From IMG/VR virus record IMGVR_UViG_3300030372_003986, positions 1 through 60,553 of that record: a DNA stretch of 60,553 nucleotides; one strand, given 5' to 3'. Source of the DNA: a virus (Duplodnaviria > Caudoviricetes). Both the position numbers and the translations under genes were made by a program. A model generated the notes under the pieces. The model searched no databases. It was not told where the DNA came from and was given only the letters and a program-made list of their open reading frames with translations. This document shows positions 17,756 through 29,200 of the stretch, piece by piece. Within the stretch, counting starts at the first letter, position 1; each line of letters starts with the position of its first letter.

Positions 17756-17986
17756 ATGAAAAAGTTTATTTCCTTTTTCATAGTATGGGTGAGTCAGAAT
17801 CTTGCAATGCCTTTTTGGATAGTAGGACACATTCATTTATCTACCAATGTGTATGCTGATATAAAAGAAATTTTGGCATCGGCAGGAATGAATTTAATTG
17901 TATTGGTAGGATTTATAATTGATTATAGAAATAATTCAAAAAGTGACGGAACAACAAATACAAAAAAAAAGAATAGAAGAACTTGA
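17756..17986 (+). CDS. Small membrane protein
   Basis: Two hydrophobic segments. Confidence 0.55.
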   Translation: MKKFISFFIVWVSQNLAMPFWIVGHIHLSTNVYADIKEILASAGMNLIVLVGFIIDYRNNSKSDGTTNTKKKNRRT

Positions 17987-18182
17987 AAGTCAGGGATATT
18001 ATGTTATTAAATTAATTAAAACTAACAAGAATGGGATACCGGACTTGATAGCCATACCACCAAAATCTAATGTAATTTTTAGTGAGGTAAAAAAACCTGA
18101 AGGCAAAGTTTCTAAATTACAAGAGTTTAGAATAAAAGAACTAAAAGCGTATGGAATTAAAACAGAAATATACAGAGGTTAA
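17943..18182 (+). CDS. VRR-NUC domain nuclease
   Basis: EQQIQ...GIPDL...FSEVK...SKLQ; probable GTG start at 17943. Confidence 0.85.
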   Translation: MTEQQIQKKRIEELESQGYYVIKLIKTNKNGIPDLIAIPPKSNVIFSEVKKPEGKVSKLQEFRIKELKAYGIKTEIYRG

Positions 18183-18525
18183 CTATTTTGAAGTTGACGA
18201 TTGGTTTGTAGAAAGGTTGGAACAATACCCTACAAAAGCAGGAATAGATGTAGCAAAACAGATAGAAGTAAATTTTGACGAGTTAGATGAGCTTGAAGGA
18301 TGGACTCAACGAGTTGGCGGTGTGTGTACCGTGTTAGATGAACCTATATATTTTGAAATAGAATATTTAAAACAACCCCAAGAGCCACCATTATTTCTTG
18401 ACATAAGTTTAATAGACGTTGACGACTATCTTGATTATATATTAGCAAACAAAACACTTAAATTAAATAAAAATGAGACAAGTAGTAGAACAATTCGTAG
18501 TAGACAATCTTGTAAAAGTAATTGA
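18151..18525 (+). CDS. Hypothetical acidic protein
   Basis: Operon ORF. Confidence 0.6.
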   Translation: MELKQKYTEVNYFEVDDWFVERLEQYPTKAGIDVAKQIEVNFDELDELEGWTQRVGGVCTVLDEPIYFEIEYLKQPQEPPLFLDISLIDVDDYLDYILANKTLKLNKNETSSRTIRSRQSCKSN

Positions 18526-19003
18526 ATCTTACTTAGGAGTTGATATATATACCAACTCACGAAAAAGAGAATGTATTAATGCAAGAATGATATATTATAA
18601 AATGCTTAACGAAAGAAAGTATGGATGGTCAGCTATTGCTAAAACTTTAAACAAAAACCACGCAACCATAATTAATGGAGTTAAACAGTTTGATGATATT
18701 ATAATGTTTGATAAAGAATTATTAGATGATTATAAGTTAATAAACGAGGTTTATTCGGCTACCGAAGAAGACGTTCACACCACATCTTTTATGACTCGTG
18801 CAGAGTTAATTAATGAGGCATATAATTTGGAGAAACAAAATAAAAGTTTAAATTTGTCTATTGAAGAGTTGAAGTATAGTCTAAATTATTATCAAAAGTA
18901 TAAAAATCTAATACAACTTATTGATGATAGAAAGCTATCAGACGAAAAAATGAGAACCATAACTACTAAATTAAATCACTTTTTAAATGGTCTATACAAT
19001 TGA
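18473..19003 (+). CDS. DnaA C-terminal-like HTH protein with coiled-coil
   Basis: SRKRECINARMIYYK...IAKTLNKNHATIING. Confidence 0.7.
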   Translation: MRQVVEQFVVDNLVKVIESYLGVDIYTNSRKRECINARMIYYKMLNERKYGWSAIAKTLNKNHATIINGVKQFDDIIMFDKELLDDYKLINEVYSATEEDVHTTSFMTRAELINEAYNLEKQNKSLNLSIEELKYSLNYYQKYKNLIQLIDDRKLSDEKMRTITTKLNHFLNGLYN

Positions 19004-19229
19004 TGATATAGAAAAAATTACAGAGTTTACATCGTGGAATGACCGAAAAAAAATTGATGAGCTTTTACGGATAGATTGCAATATGTATTGTAACTTAGGA
19101 ACCGATTCTTCAACATCAGAAAAAAATCAAGCAAAAAGAAACTCTCGTAAAATATATCAAAGCATAAAAAAAATAGATAAAAGAATGGGAGATGAGTTTT
19201 TAACCGCAATGGAAGATTGGAGTGAATAA
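18987..19229 (+). CDS. Hypothetical protein
   Basis: KIDELLRIDCNMYCNLGTDS; overlapping operon ORF. Confidence 0.65.
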   Translation: MVYTIDDIEKITEFTSWNDRKKIDELLRIDCNMYCNLGTDSSTSEKNQAKRNSRKIYQSIKKIDKRMGDEFLTAMEDWSE

Positions 19230-19416
19230 AAATTTTTCAGCCATAGACCACGAAAGACTTCGTTCCATTAATATGTTAATGGATGGCTTTTATGAAAACC
19301 TTTCTGAAATTTATGAATCAATTGTAGATAGAGAGATAGACAAAGCTCAACACGAAATCAAAAAAACCATAGAGGAACTTAAAAGACTTCACGACTCTAT
19401 GCAAGATGAGTTATGA
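19222..19416 (+). CDS. Hypothetical protein
   Basis: Coupled ORF. Confidence 0.55.
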   Translation: MNKNFSAIDHERLRSINMLMDGFYENLSEIYESIVDREIDKAQHEIKKTIEELKRLHDSMQDEL

Positions 19417-19835
19417 TTATACAAACGTGGGATGACAATGACGAAAGAAAATGTAGGAGTTGCCAAAAAGTAAAGCCTATATTAGAGTTCCCCACCGCAG
19501 GTATAAAAAAAAATAGACAGTATAGAAGAAGAATATGTAATACTTGTTATGTAAAAAACAAGAATCACTATAGAGTAAAACAACGAGCTTGGTTAAATAA
19601 ATACAAGTCAGAATTATCTTGTGAAAAATGTGGGTATTCTTCAAAAACTCATCGTAACTTTACAACATCGGCATTACAGTTTCATCATCCCCGTGCAGAC
19701 AAAGAATTTGAAGTAAGTAATGGTGCTCACAGAGGAATGTCGAAAGAAAAAATACTTAGCGAAATTAATAAGTGCGTAGTCCTTTGTTGTAGGTGTCACG
19801 CAGAAATACATTTTAATCCAAACAATGAGGTTTGA
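19413..19835 (+). CDS. HNH endonuclease-like protein
   Basis: CxxC pairs, LQFHH, KCVVLCCRCHAEIH. Confidence 0.8.
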   Translation: MIIQTWDDNDERKCRSCQKVKPILEFPTAGIKKNRQYRRRICNTCYVKNKNHYRVKQRAWLNKYKSELSCEKCGYSSKTHRNFTTSALQFHHPRADKEFEVSNGAHRGMSKEKILSEINKCVVLCCRCHAEIHFNPNNEV

Positions 19836-20262
19836 AACAAATAAAGATTTAACGAGAGAAAAAAAAGCAATTAAAAAATTTGTCAGCCGTTTCAATGGTA
19901 GCTTCAAAAAACTTGGAGACAATGATGTGGACTATAGAGTATATGATTCTTCCGGAAAATTAATTGCTTATGCTGAAGTAAAAGGAAGATATCGCACTAT
20001 TGCTTCTGCTTATCCTTTACCGGTAGCCGCAAGAAAGGTAGTGAAACTCTGTGATAAAAGACTTAACCCTGTACTTATTTGGTCTTGTGACGATGGCATC
20101 ATATATGGTAAACCCACACACCTTAAAGGTGTGGTTCGTTGGGGAGGAAGAAAGCCTCGTGAAGGAGCCGTAAACGATGAAGAGTTAATGATTTATTACG
20201 ACAAACAAGATGAGTTTAAGTATCATAAATATTATGATGGTGTCTTTGAAGACACTATTTAA
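19825..20262 (+). CDS. PD-(D/E)XK nuclease-fold protein (palindrome at 20240)
   Basis: VDY...YAEVKGR. Confidence 0.55.
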   Translation: MRFETNKDLTREKKAIKKFVSRFNGSFKKLGDNDVDYRVYDSSGKLIAYAEVKGRYRTIASAYPLPVAARKVVKLCDKRLNPVLIWSCDDGIIYGKPTHLKGVVRWGGRKPREGAVNDEELMIYYDKQDEFKYHKYYDGVFEDTI

Positions 20263-23200
20263 TACGATAAAGTTTTCCGTTTCTTTCTACGTAACCCATT
20301 GCCTCTAACCGTTCTCTTCTTCTTTCTCTTTGCTCTTTTCTTATCTCGTCTTGTCTCCCATACATTCTATCATATAGCTCAGGGTCATACCTTTTTAGGT
20401 CTGTTTTAGTTTTTATTCCTCCTATTGGCATTACTCCTTCTAAGTCTACACCTCGTTTGTTTCTCATTGCATCAGGTCGATAAGAAGGTGTTATCCCTAA
20501 GAAATCATACACATTATTATAATACTCTTTAGAAGAAGTGTCATTTCCAAACACACCATCTTGAATTGCATTATATAAACCAATAAAGGGGTCTACTTGT
20601 GCTCCCATTGCTAATTCCATAAGAGGTACCATATAGGTTTTAAACCACGCATCAGGGTCTTTGCGTTGTTGTTTTTGTATTTTACTTACAATAGCACTAA
20701 AAGGATTTACCACATCATCAACAGGTTTTTTATCGTCTCTTAAATAGTTTATTCCTTTTTCAGCAGCAGCTCCTAAGTATGGGATTTGATAGAGTAAATT
20801 TAATCCCATCATTGCATCTTTTATTCTTCTCATAAAAACTTCCTTGTCTTCATCATCTCCTTTAGTTAATAAAGCAATATTAGACACACCTACAAACAAT
20901 ACGTTAACTACTGCAGCGTTGAGATAGAAAGCTCTTACGTCTTGTTTTTTTGGGGTTTTCTTTTCCGCCAATGCTCGTGAAATATTAGTAAAGGATTGCA
21001 TTACTTTATTGATTTGCAAGAACAACGTACTCCCAAACATTGTAAATCCCTTAGAAAACATATCTCCTTTTAATTGTAAAGGAATTTTGTCCATATTTCT
21101 TCTTGACTGCTGAGTAGGATTGTACTCATTAAATTCTTCTAATGCTTGTGCTTCTGACATACCATTAGCAATATTACGCTTGTAATTAATATAATAACCC
21201 ATTACTCCCATAATATCTCCAATGATTGTTGGTCGTGCAGCAAGTGTTTTAAATGCTCGTTTACCTCTTTGGTATAAACCTGTTCCCTTACCGGCTTGTT
21301 TAAATGTTTGACTCCCGGATTCAAGACCATAGACATCACCCTCTAATCCTTCTTGGACACGCTTATCAAAAGTAGCAGACATTTTACGTGCTTTAGCAAT
21401 AGCTCCATTCATTCCTACTAAATCTTTACCCATTTCAAACAACACTCCTGCACCATCTACCATAAACATTGTAAAATCAATTGGACCTTGTAGTTTTTTT
21501 GGAATCTTTGAATCAGGTTTAAAATAATTATATTTTTCATAAGCATTCATAAACGATATTGCTTGTTTAAATATTTGGACTACTTTAAAAGCTAATGCAA
21601 ATGAGGTAAACTTCCTTTGCATATACTCGACAATAGTAGATTGCGTTCCGTCTACCTGTGCGGCAGATTGAGGGTTAATTTCCGCATTTATAATTAACTT
21701 GGTTAAAGACTTTAATCCTGAGACTTCAAGCAAAGCATTAACTGCCGGAATATTCATAAAAGCATTCATCTCTTGCACCCCTATAGCATATGCTTTATAG
21801 CGTTCCATAGTTTCCATATGGTTCATTAAGGTGTTAGAAAAAGTTCCCTCTTTCAAATTAATGTCACTCCCTAAGTCTGTTCTTTCTTTAAAAGCAGGTG
21901 CAGTATCTGCGGAAAATATTCCATTAAAGTTTCCTTCTTGTAGTAGTTTAGCATCTACTTTAGGAGCAATAGTTTTAGTAGGAAAATAGTTTTCTACAAA
22001 CCCTAAGTTTACTCCATTAGCCTGTCTATAAACGGAATTGATTTCATTAAAGTAATCTGTACTTAAATACCCAACCATTTTATCAGCAAAGGTGATAAGC
22101 TCCGTTCCTAAGTCTGATTTAATATCTGCTAATACTTTGTCAGTTATCCCTTGATTTAACAACTTAGCTCTTTGCACAGGGTTTTTACTTAACGCATATA
22201 TTCTTAATAATTGGTTAGCATTAAATTCTGACTTATATTTTCTTCCGGTTTTAGAAGTAATTAAATTTAATGTTTTAGTTTTTACTTTTCCTAACTTAGT
22301 AAAACCAAATCGTTGATTTAATAGTTTTTCTACTCCTTCAAATCCGTTTTCTATTCCTGACTGTTTAGCTATTTCATCAACTTTTCGTTTCATTAATCTT
22401 TGATTACTCAAAGCTAATTCGTGCATTCGTGCAAGTTTACGATAAACTTGGTCTGTAAAAACATTAAGTCCTTTTACTTTATTGTCTAAGAAATTAGTTA
22501 TAGTTCCTAAATTGGTAATTTGATTTTTAGCTCGTGTAATCATCCCTTCTGTTCTTCCAAAAAGGTTTTTAGTTATTACGTTATAAACTTTTGTAATTAT
22601 TCCCTTAGCAGTAAAATCTTTTTTAAGTTTTTCTAAATCTTGATTACGTTCATTCTTATCTTTTAAATTCCCATCTTCCGTAAATAAATCTGTATTAGTT
22701 TTTTGTATTTGTTCTGTAGCTTGTTCAGCAATTACTTGGTTGTCAGCAGCACGTTTAAGCCTTTCGTTATTAAACCTCATAATGGATTCGGTTTTTTCTC
22801 TCTTTATATCCTCAAGCAACTCTTGAACCTCTTCTAAAGTTTTATTTTGAATGTCTCCAAATGTATCATAAGCCATTTGTAATTGCATTAAGTTTTCTTC
22901 TAATGCAGTTAAGGTTTCTCCGTTTATACTTTTTTGAATAGCGGCATCCACAATACTACTCACTAAAACTTTTTCACCATTAAGCTCTACTGTTCCGGCT
23001 TCTAAATAAGTTTTAATCTCTTCTAATTTACGTGCTCTTACTTCAGGATTAACAATAGTAGCAGCATTTAATACTTTAGTTACATTTTTAAATATTACTT
23101 GTCCTAATGCATCAATACCTTTAGCTCGTGTTTTCTTAGATTGTAAACGAGGTTTAGCTTTAGCTTTAGCTAATTTTGCTATTTGTTCAATAGTGGAACG

Positions 23201-26200
23201 CTTTTCTTTTGCACGTTGTTGTTCTACTATTTTTATAACCCTTTCTGTTTCTGCTTCTAAGTTGTCTTTTCTTACATCTATTCTATTTACGGAATTAATA
23301 AGACGTTGAATTTGAGCTTTAGTATATGCTTTAGATTCCGGTAAAGAAGCTCTAATAAAGTTTTTTAATCGAGTTATATAATCCTTTTGATTCTTTACCC
23401 CAATTCTATTTTCTCTAATAGCTCTCCTTATATCTGACATTTCTTGAGAAAATGCCCGTGTTCCACCTCTATATCCGAGTGTTTTATCTAAGTCAATTCT
23501 TAATTCTCTTTGTATTTGGTCTTGTTGTTTTTTATAGGTTGGATGATTTTTAATAAGCTCTTGTGCTTTTTGTCTAATTTCTCCAAAAGTTTTAACTCTT
23601 TTTAATCCTATAACATTACCCAATCCATCTGTTGCCCATTTATTTAATGCGACCTTTATATCATTAAACATTTGATAAGCCTCTTGAATACCACCTTCTA
23701 CTCTTGCAAATGCAGGAGGTAGTTCGGTAAACAAGTCTACTCGCACAGTCATAGCTTCATTTATATCCGCTACTTTGAAGCCTCTACCTTTTAATACTTG
23801 TTTAATAGATGAGTCTGAGAATCCATTTTTTCTTCCTATTTCAATTATTTCTGTCATTGAAAGGTCCGAACTAAATGCAGCTTCAGGATTTTTTAGATTC
23901 TTTAATTGCTTATCACTTAACTTAACTTCTTTTCCGGCAAAAATATCAGCGAGTGCTGAACCAATAAATTCATCAAGTGTTAAATTTTGTATTTCTTCTT
24001 CCGTTAAATCTTTAGTTTGTTTGAACTGTGATTTAATAAACTTCCACATTCCAAGCAACCACTCTTTGAATTTAGATTTTATTGATGCATCTGCAATGGT
24101 CTGCCCTTTGTTTCCAATAAGGATTGCCATTGTTTCATTTGCCGCTTTCTTTTTATCGCCTTTAAATTTCTTTAGTTGTTTTTGATACTCTTCTGTTTGC
24201 TCTACAAGAGCAACACCTTTTGCATAAATGTTTCTACCTTTCCTTGTGGTCTGCAAATAATCCGTCCAAACGTGACCCATCTCGTGAATAGCAGTATTAT
24301 GTAAGGCGGAAGTAGAATTGTGTACGTCAGGATTAATATAGATGTCTCCGTCAACTGTAACACCATATATAACCTCATTACCTTTACGATACTTAACTAC
24401 ATTATCTTGTTCAATTACAGTATTAAAAGTTTGTTGGTCCGTGCTAATATTTACACTTGGAAATGCAATATTCATAAACGATGTCAACTTACTTACGTTA
24501 TCCATATCTCCAAAGGAAATAGCTGCGATAAACTCATTAGCAGGAAGACCGTTTTGAACTCCTAATGTTTCAGTTAATATAGAGCCTACACTCGAAGCAT
24601 CTAACTCTCCGATTTGAGGCATTGTTTCTTTTTGTTCCTCAGTTGCTCTTTGTCTTTTGGCTGCGGTTACTGTTCTTCCTTTTGATTCATCAGCTACTAA
24701 TCCTGCCATTGCTTTTTTATACGCTTCCGGATAAGCTCTAACAAGTGAAATAGGATTTTCTAATATTCCTATAGACTTACCTTTTACACCATATGGATAA
24801 TTAGGATGTACTGCTTCTATCACTTCAGGATTCAAAACATCTATTCCTTGAATTGAAATAATGCTTCTTTGTTTAACATTTTTTAATCCCGGCTCTGTAA
24901 TTAAATCAGTAATAGGAGCAAGGTGTACAAGACTAATAGCGTCTTTACTCATTCCTTCAATCAATATTTTAGGAATACGTTTTCTCCCTGCATTTATTTT
25001 AATTTGAGTTCCTGCTCTATTAGGTTGACCAAAAGTTAGTCTTTCAAGGAAATTTCTACGAGCAGGTAAACTAAGTTTAGATAAAAACTCTTCCGTTACT
25101 ACATCATCTATTAACTCAGGTTGTGCATCTTCAATAGCTTGTAGTGCACTTTTTAATCCGGCTATTTCTTTAGCATAATTTTTCTCAGTTGTTTTTGTTT
25201 TTTGTCCTGAATCTATTGCATCTTGTCTTGTTTTAATACGTTCACGTAAATCTTCTTCAAGAACTTGTACTGCTTTTCTACGATTTTCTTCAGGAATTTT
25301 AGATAAATTATCTCTAAACACCCTAAAGGTTGCTTCATTAGAAAGTATAGAACCTTCTCCCATTTTAACAATTGGCATTGGAACTAAACCATTATATTGA
25401 GGATTATCTTTCCACCATTGCTCAAAGAACTCTTTATTGTCTTGATAAATTTTAACGGCTTTTTCTTTTAGGTCATTAGCTTCTTTTTCAGTAGTGTTTG
25501 CCCACGCAGCATTTTCATTATCTATAGTTCCTGTAAACCCTATACCACCACGTAAATTATCAATAATATTTCCGGTTTGAGGATTAACTACTTGTCCTGT
25601 TGTTAATTGGTCCGAAATACTAAATACCACCGGCACTCCTTTTATAACCGCTAAAGATTTTAATTTAGGAATAGGTCGGTCTGTTCGAGTATTTATTTCG
25701 TCTACATCAATAGTTACGTCTTCCTGCGTCTCATCCATTGTGGTTAAGACGTTCCCTGACTCTAAATTATTAATAGCTGCAGTCACTTCAGCTACCTCAT
25801 CTACATCCGCCTCAAACTTATTGTCAGTTTTAAAATCTACTTTCCCTTCTTTAGCATCTTTTTTAATCTGAGCCTTCTCTGCTTTTGCTTCTCTTTTTGC
25901 TTCAGCTATATCTTCTTTAAGAGAATTTATTTCTGCTTTTGCGTCTTCTCTTAGGTCTGCCTTCTCTGCTTTTGTTAACCCTTTCTTTTTTAGACTGTTT
26001 TTTAAATCTGCTTTAACACCTGCTATTTCATTATTTAACTCTTCTAATTTTCCGCTTAATTCCGCATCCACTTCCGTAAGCATAGCGTCTATGTTTACCT
26101 CCTCTGTAGCCACCTCTTCTGTAACAACTTCTTGTGGAGCAGAAAGTGTTGCTTCCAAGTCTGCAACTTCATCTTGTAGTGTCTTTGAAGACACAATTTC

Positions 26201-29200
26201 ATCAATTCTTGATTGGTTCTTTTCTGCAACTTTTTGTTGGAATGGAGTTAGTTTTTTATTAGCTATTTGTTTATCCGCAATTCCGGCTAAGATACCATCA
26301 AGTCTTGTTTGTTCTATTGTCTCATTGTCAAACGCAGTTTTATCCGCTTTAGTTGGTCGTACAATGGGTTGAGGAATTACAACATCTTCAATAGTTTCTT
26401 CTTCTACTTTTGTTGTTTTAGTCAGCTCATCAGCAGCACGTTTAAGTGCACCTTCTTTTCCAACTACTTTTGAAACAATTGTCTCATTCTCTTGTGTTAC
26501 ATCAAATGTTCCATCGTTATTATCTATAAGAGTAAACCCTGTTTCCTCTCCTGTCTCGGTAACAATGTTATTGTTTTCATCTGTGGTTAACGGACCGCTT
26601 AACGTGATACCCTCCTGAGTGGTCGTAGGTTCTGTGGTTTGTTCTTCCGAAACCTCCCGTACCGTTTCTTCCACCGTTTGTATATCTCCGGTTTGTTTAT
26701 CCGCATCCACTTCTCTTGTTTTTCGCTTTGAAATGGCATTTTCTACTTTTTTACTTAATACTTCAGTTATTGATTCATCGTTGTCTACGACAATTTTTCT
26801 TTTATATAATTCATCATCAGACATATCATTAATACGTCTTAAAAATTTATTACGAGCATACGATATTCCGTCAATTGTATATGACGCTTTTGCAGTTTCT
26901 CTAATATCTGTATCAGAAGTTTGACGATTAAGAGAAATACCACCGAGAAAAGTTTGGAATCCTTTTTCAAAAGTATTTCCTTCTTCTTGTGCTTCAGGTC
27001 TTACGTTTCCTGTTTCCGCTATTTCTTGTAGCTCTTGATTAATTTCTTTTAGTTTGTTTTTGAAAACATTTTTTCTATTAGGTGTAGATGAAAGCTCTTC
27101 TTTAGCAGCCATAAGCTCCATCGTTCTACTCATAACTTTTTGGCTTTTTTTCACATCAGGATTAGCTGACAATACATTGTCGGCATCTCTCATTAAACCA
27201 ATGTTTTCTTGAATACGTTGATTAGCAGCCGGAGTGATTTGTCCTAATCTCTCCATATTATTTGCCCACGCTGACACCCTTCCAAGTGAAGGCTTAAACA
27301 CTCCTTTGGTTTCATTAAGAAGTCCATTTATCGTGGTTAAATCATTAGCAACTTTCAAGTTGTTTTGCATCTTTAAATCTAATGCCATATTAAAAGAAGC
27401 CATTGGACCATTAGCTCCCACGCTACCCATCATTTCTGCAAAAATCTCTTTATATTGTAGTTCATCACCAACATTTATTTGAGCCGCTAATTCTCCTGCT
27501 CCTTCAAACAGAGGGTCAATTACAAGTCGTTCTGTTGCAAAAGCTGCAACTCGTGTACCCAATGCAGAAGTTTTACCTACTTGAAATACTCTACCTGCAA
27601 TTCCTGCAGAAATCAAATCAATTATCGCAATGGGAATACCTCTTGCAAAACCTCTTTCTCTACCTCTTGCCCAAACATTTTCATCCATAAATGCATCCTT
27701 TATGGAGTTAGGGTCGTTTATATCATATCCATAATAACGAGCCGCATCCATAACTTCATTGGTGTATTCTAAAGCTAAAGAAGTGGCTGAGAATCCTGTT
27801 CTTAATCCCCATCCTGTACCTATAATAGCACCTGCAGGTACAGTTACTTCCGCAAACGGACCCCCTGCTAAACCTGTTAGAGCTCCTGTTCCTGCTCCGG
27901 CAGCCGTTGTACTTGAAATTATTTTCCACCCATAAGGTAGCATTTGAGACATACTGTTAGCTGCTAAACTTGTCATCAACTCAAGCGGATTGTCAGAATA
28001 AGCATCCCACGCTTCTACAAAACCTCGTGCTTGGTGCCAACGATATAATGCCCTACTCACTTTTCCGGTTTCTGCCTTATCCATATACCTTACTACCGCT
28101 TCTGCTATATCTGCTACCGATGCATCATCATCTAAATCTTCAAGACCTAATGATAATTTTAATATTTCATTTCCTACTTGTCCTCTATTCCAACCTCTTA
28201 TCCATTCATCGGAAACTCCTGCCCAATTTTCTACAAACTCCCCTCTAAGATTTTTATCAAATTTAGTATCAAGAAAAGTGTTAGCAATTTCATATTGATT
28301 AGCAGCAAGTTGAGCCACATCTTTACTTGCTTTATAAGTAGTAAGTAATGCATCTTTTTGTGGTTGCATATTTTCGGGAACCTCTGTGTTTACTAACTCA
28401 TCTATATCTACACCGAATAAACTAAGAGATTTGGTTTTTAATTCATTATCTACATATTTAGAAGCATTATTAACCATAATTGCTTTAGTGCCAAGAGCTT
28501 GATATTTTTTATCCATATAAACATCAAAATCTTCTCTTAATTCTTGCAAATCATCATCGGTATAAATACCACTCCATTCATCTGCTTGGTCATATAAAGC
28601 CTGTTGAACTTTATTAATATCGTTTCTTATCTGACCGGTTGCCGGGTCATACAAATCTTTGTATAACACTTTTTGCTCCGGCTCTAAATCGTTATATTTA
28701 AAAGGAGCTTTATCAATAAAATCTATTTTATCTTGAATAGATTGATATGTATCAAATTGTTCTTTTAAGGTTACATAATCGTATCCTTTCTCTTTAAAAT
28801 ACCTATCAGCTTCTGCATCGGAAGTATTAACATCTTTCCAATTTCCGGCAGCAAAAGCATTAGCCTCATCTTCTGTTTCAAAAACAAAAACCTCTCCTCT
28901 ATCTTTAGCAGTTGCATAAGCATCCATTCCACTTTTCTCCATCCAAAACTCAGGGTCTGAAGTATATGAACCTTCATACTTAGGAAATAAAGTAGGGTAA
29001 ACTACATTTTTACCATCTATAACTGCAGACTCAAATAAAACAGTAGACTCGGAACCATCTTCATTTTTTCTGCTTTTTTCTCTTAAATTTTGTGCACGTA
29101 AAGATGCTTGAATAAAATTGTCCTCAATGCTTTCTCTAACATCTTCAGGTTTACGAGCATACTTAGTAATAAAGTTTTGGAGCTTAATAGCTTCGTTTTT

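Noticed and set aside
3217-20255. Palindrome copies as a CRISPR array or REP/MITE
   Set aside because: Copies are kilobases apart, only 16 bp, often intragenic, with no spacers, cas genes, transposase or target duplications.
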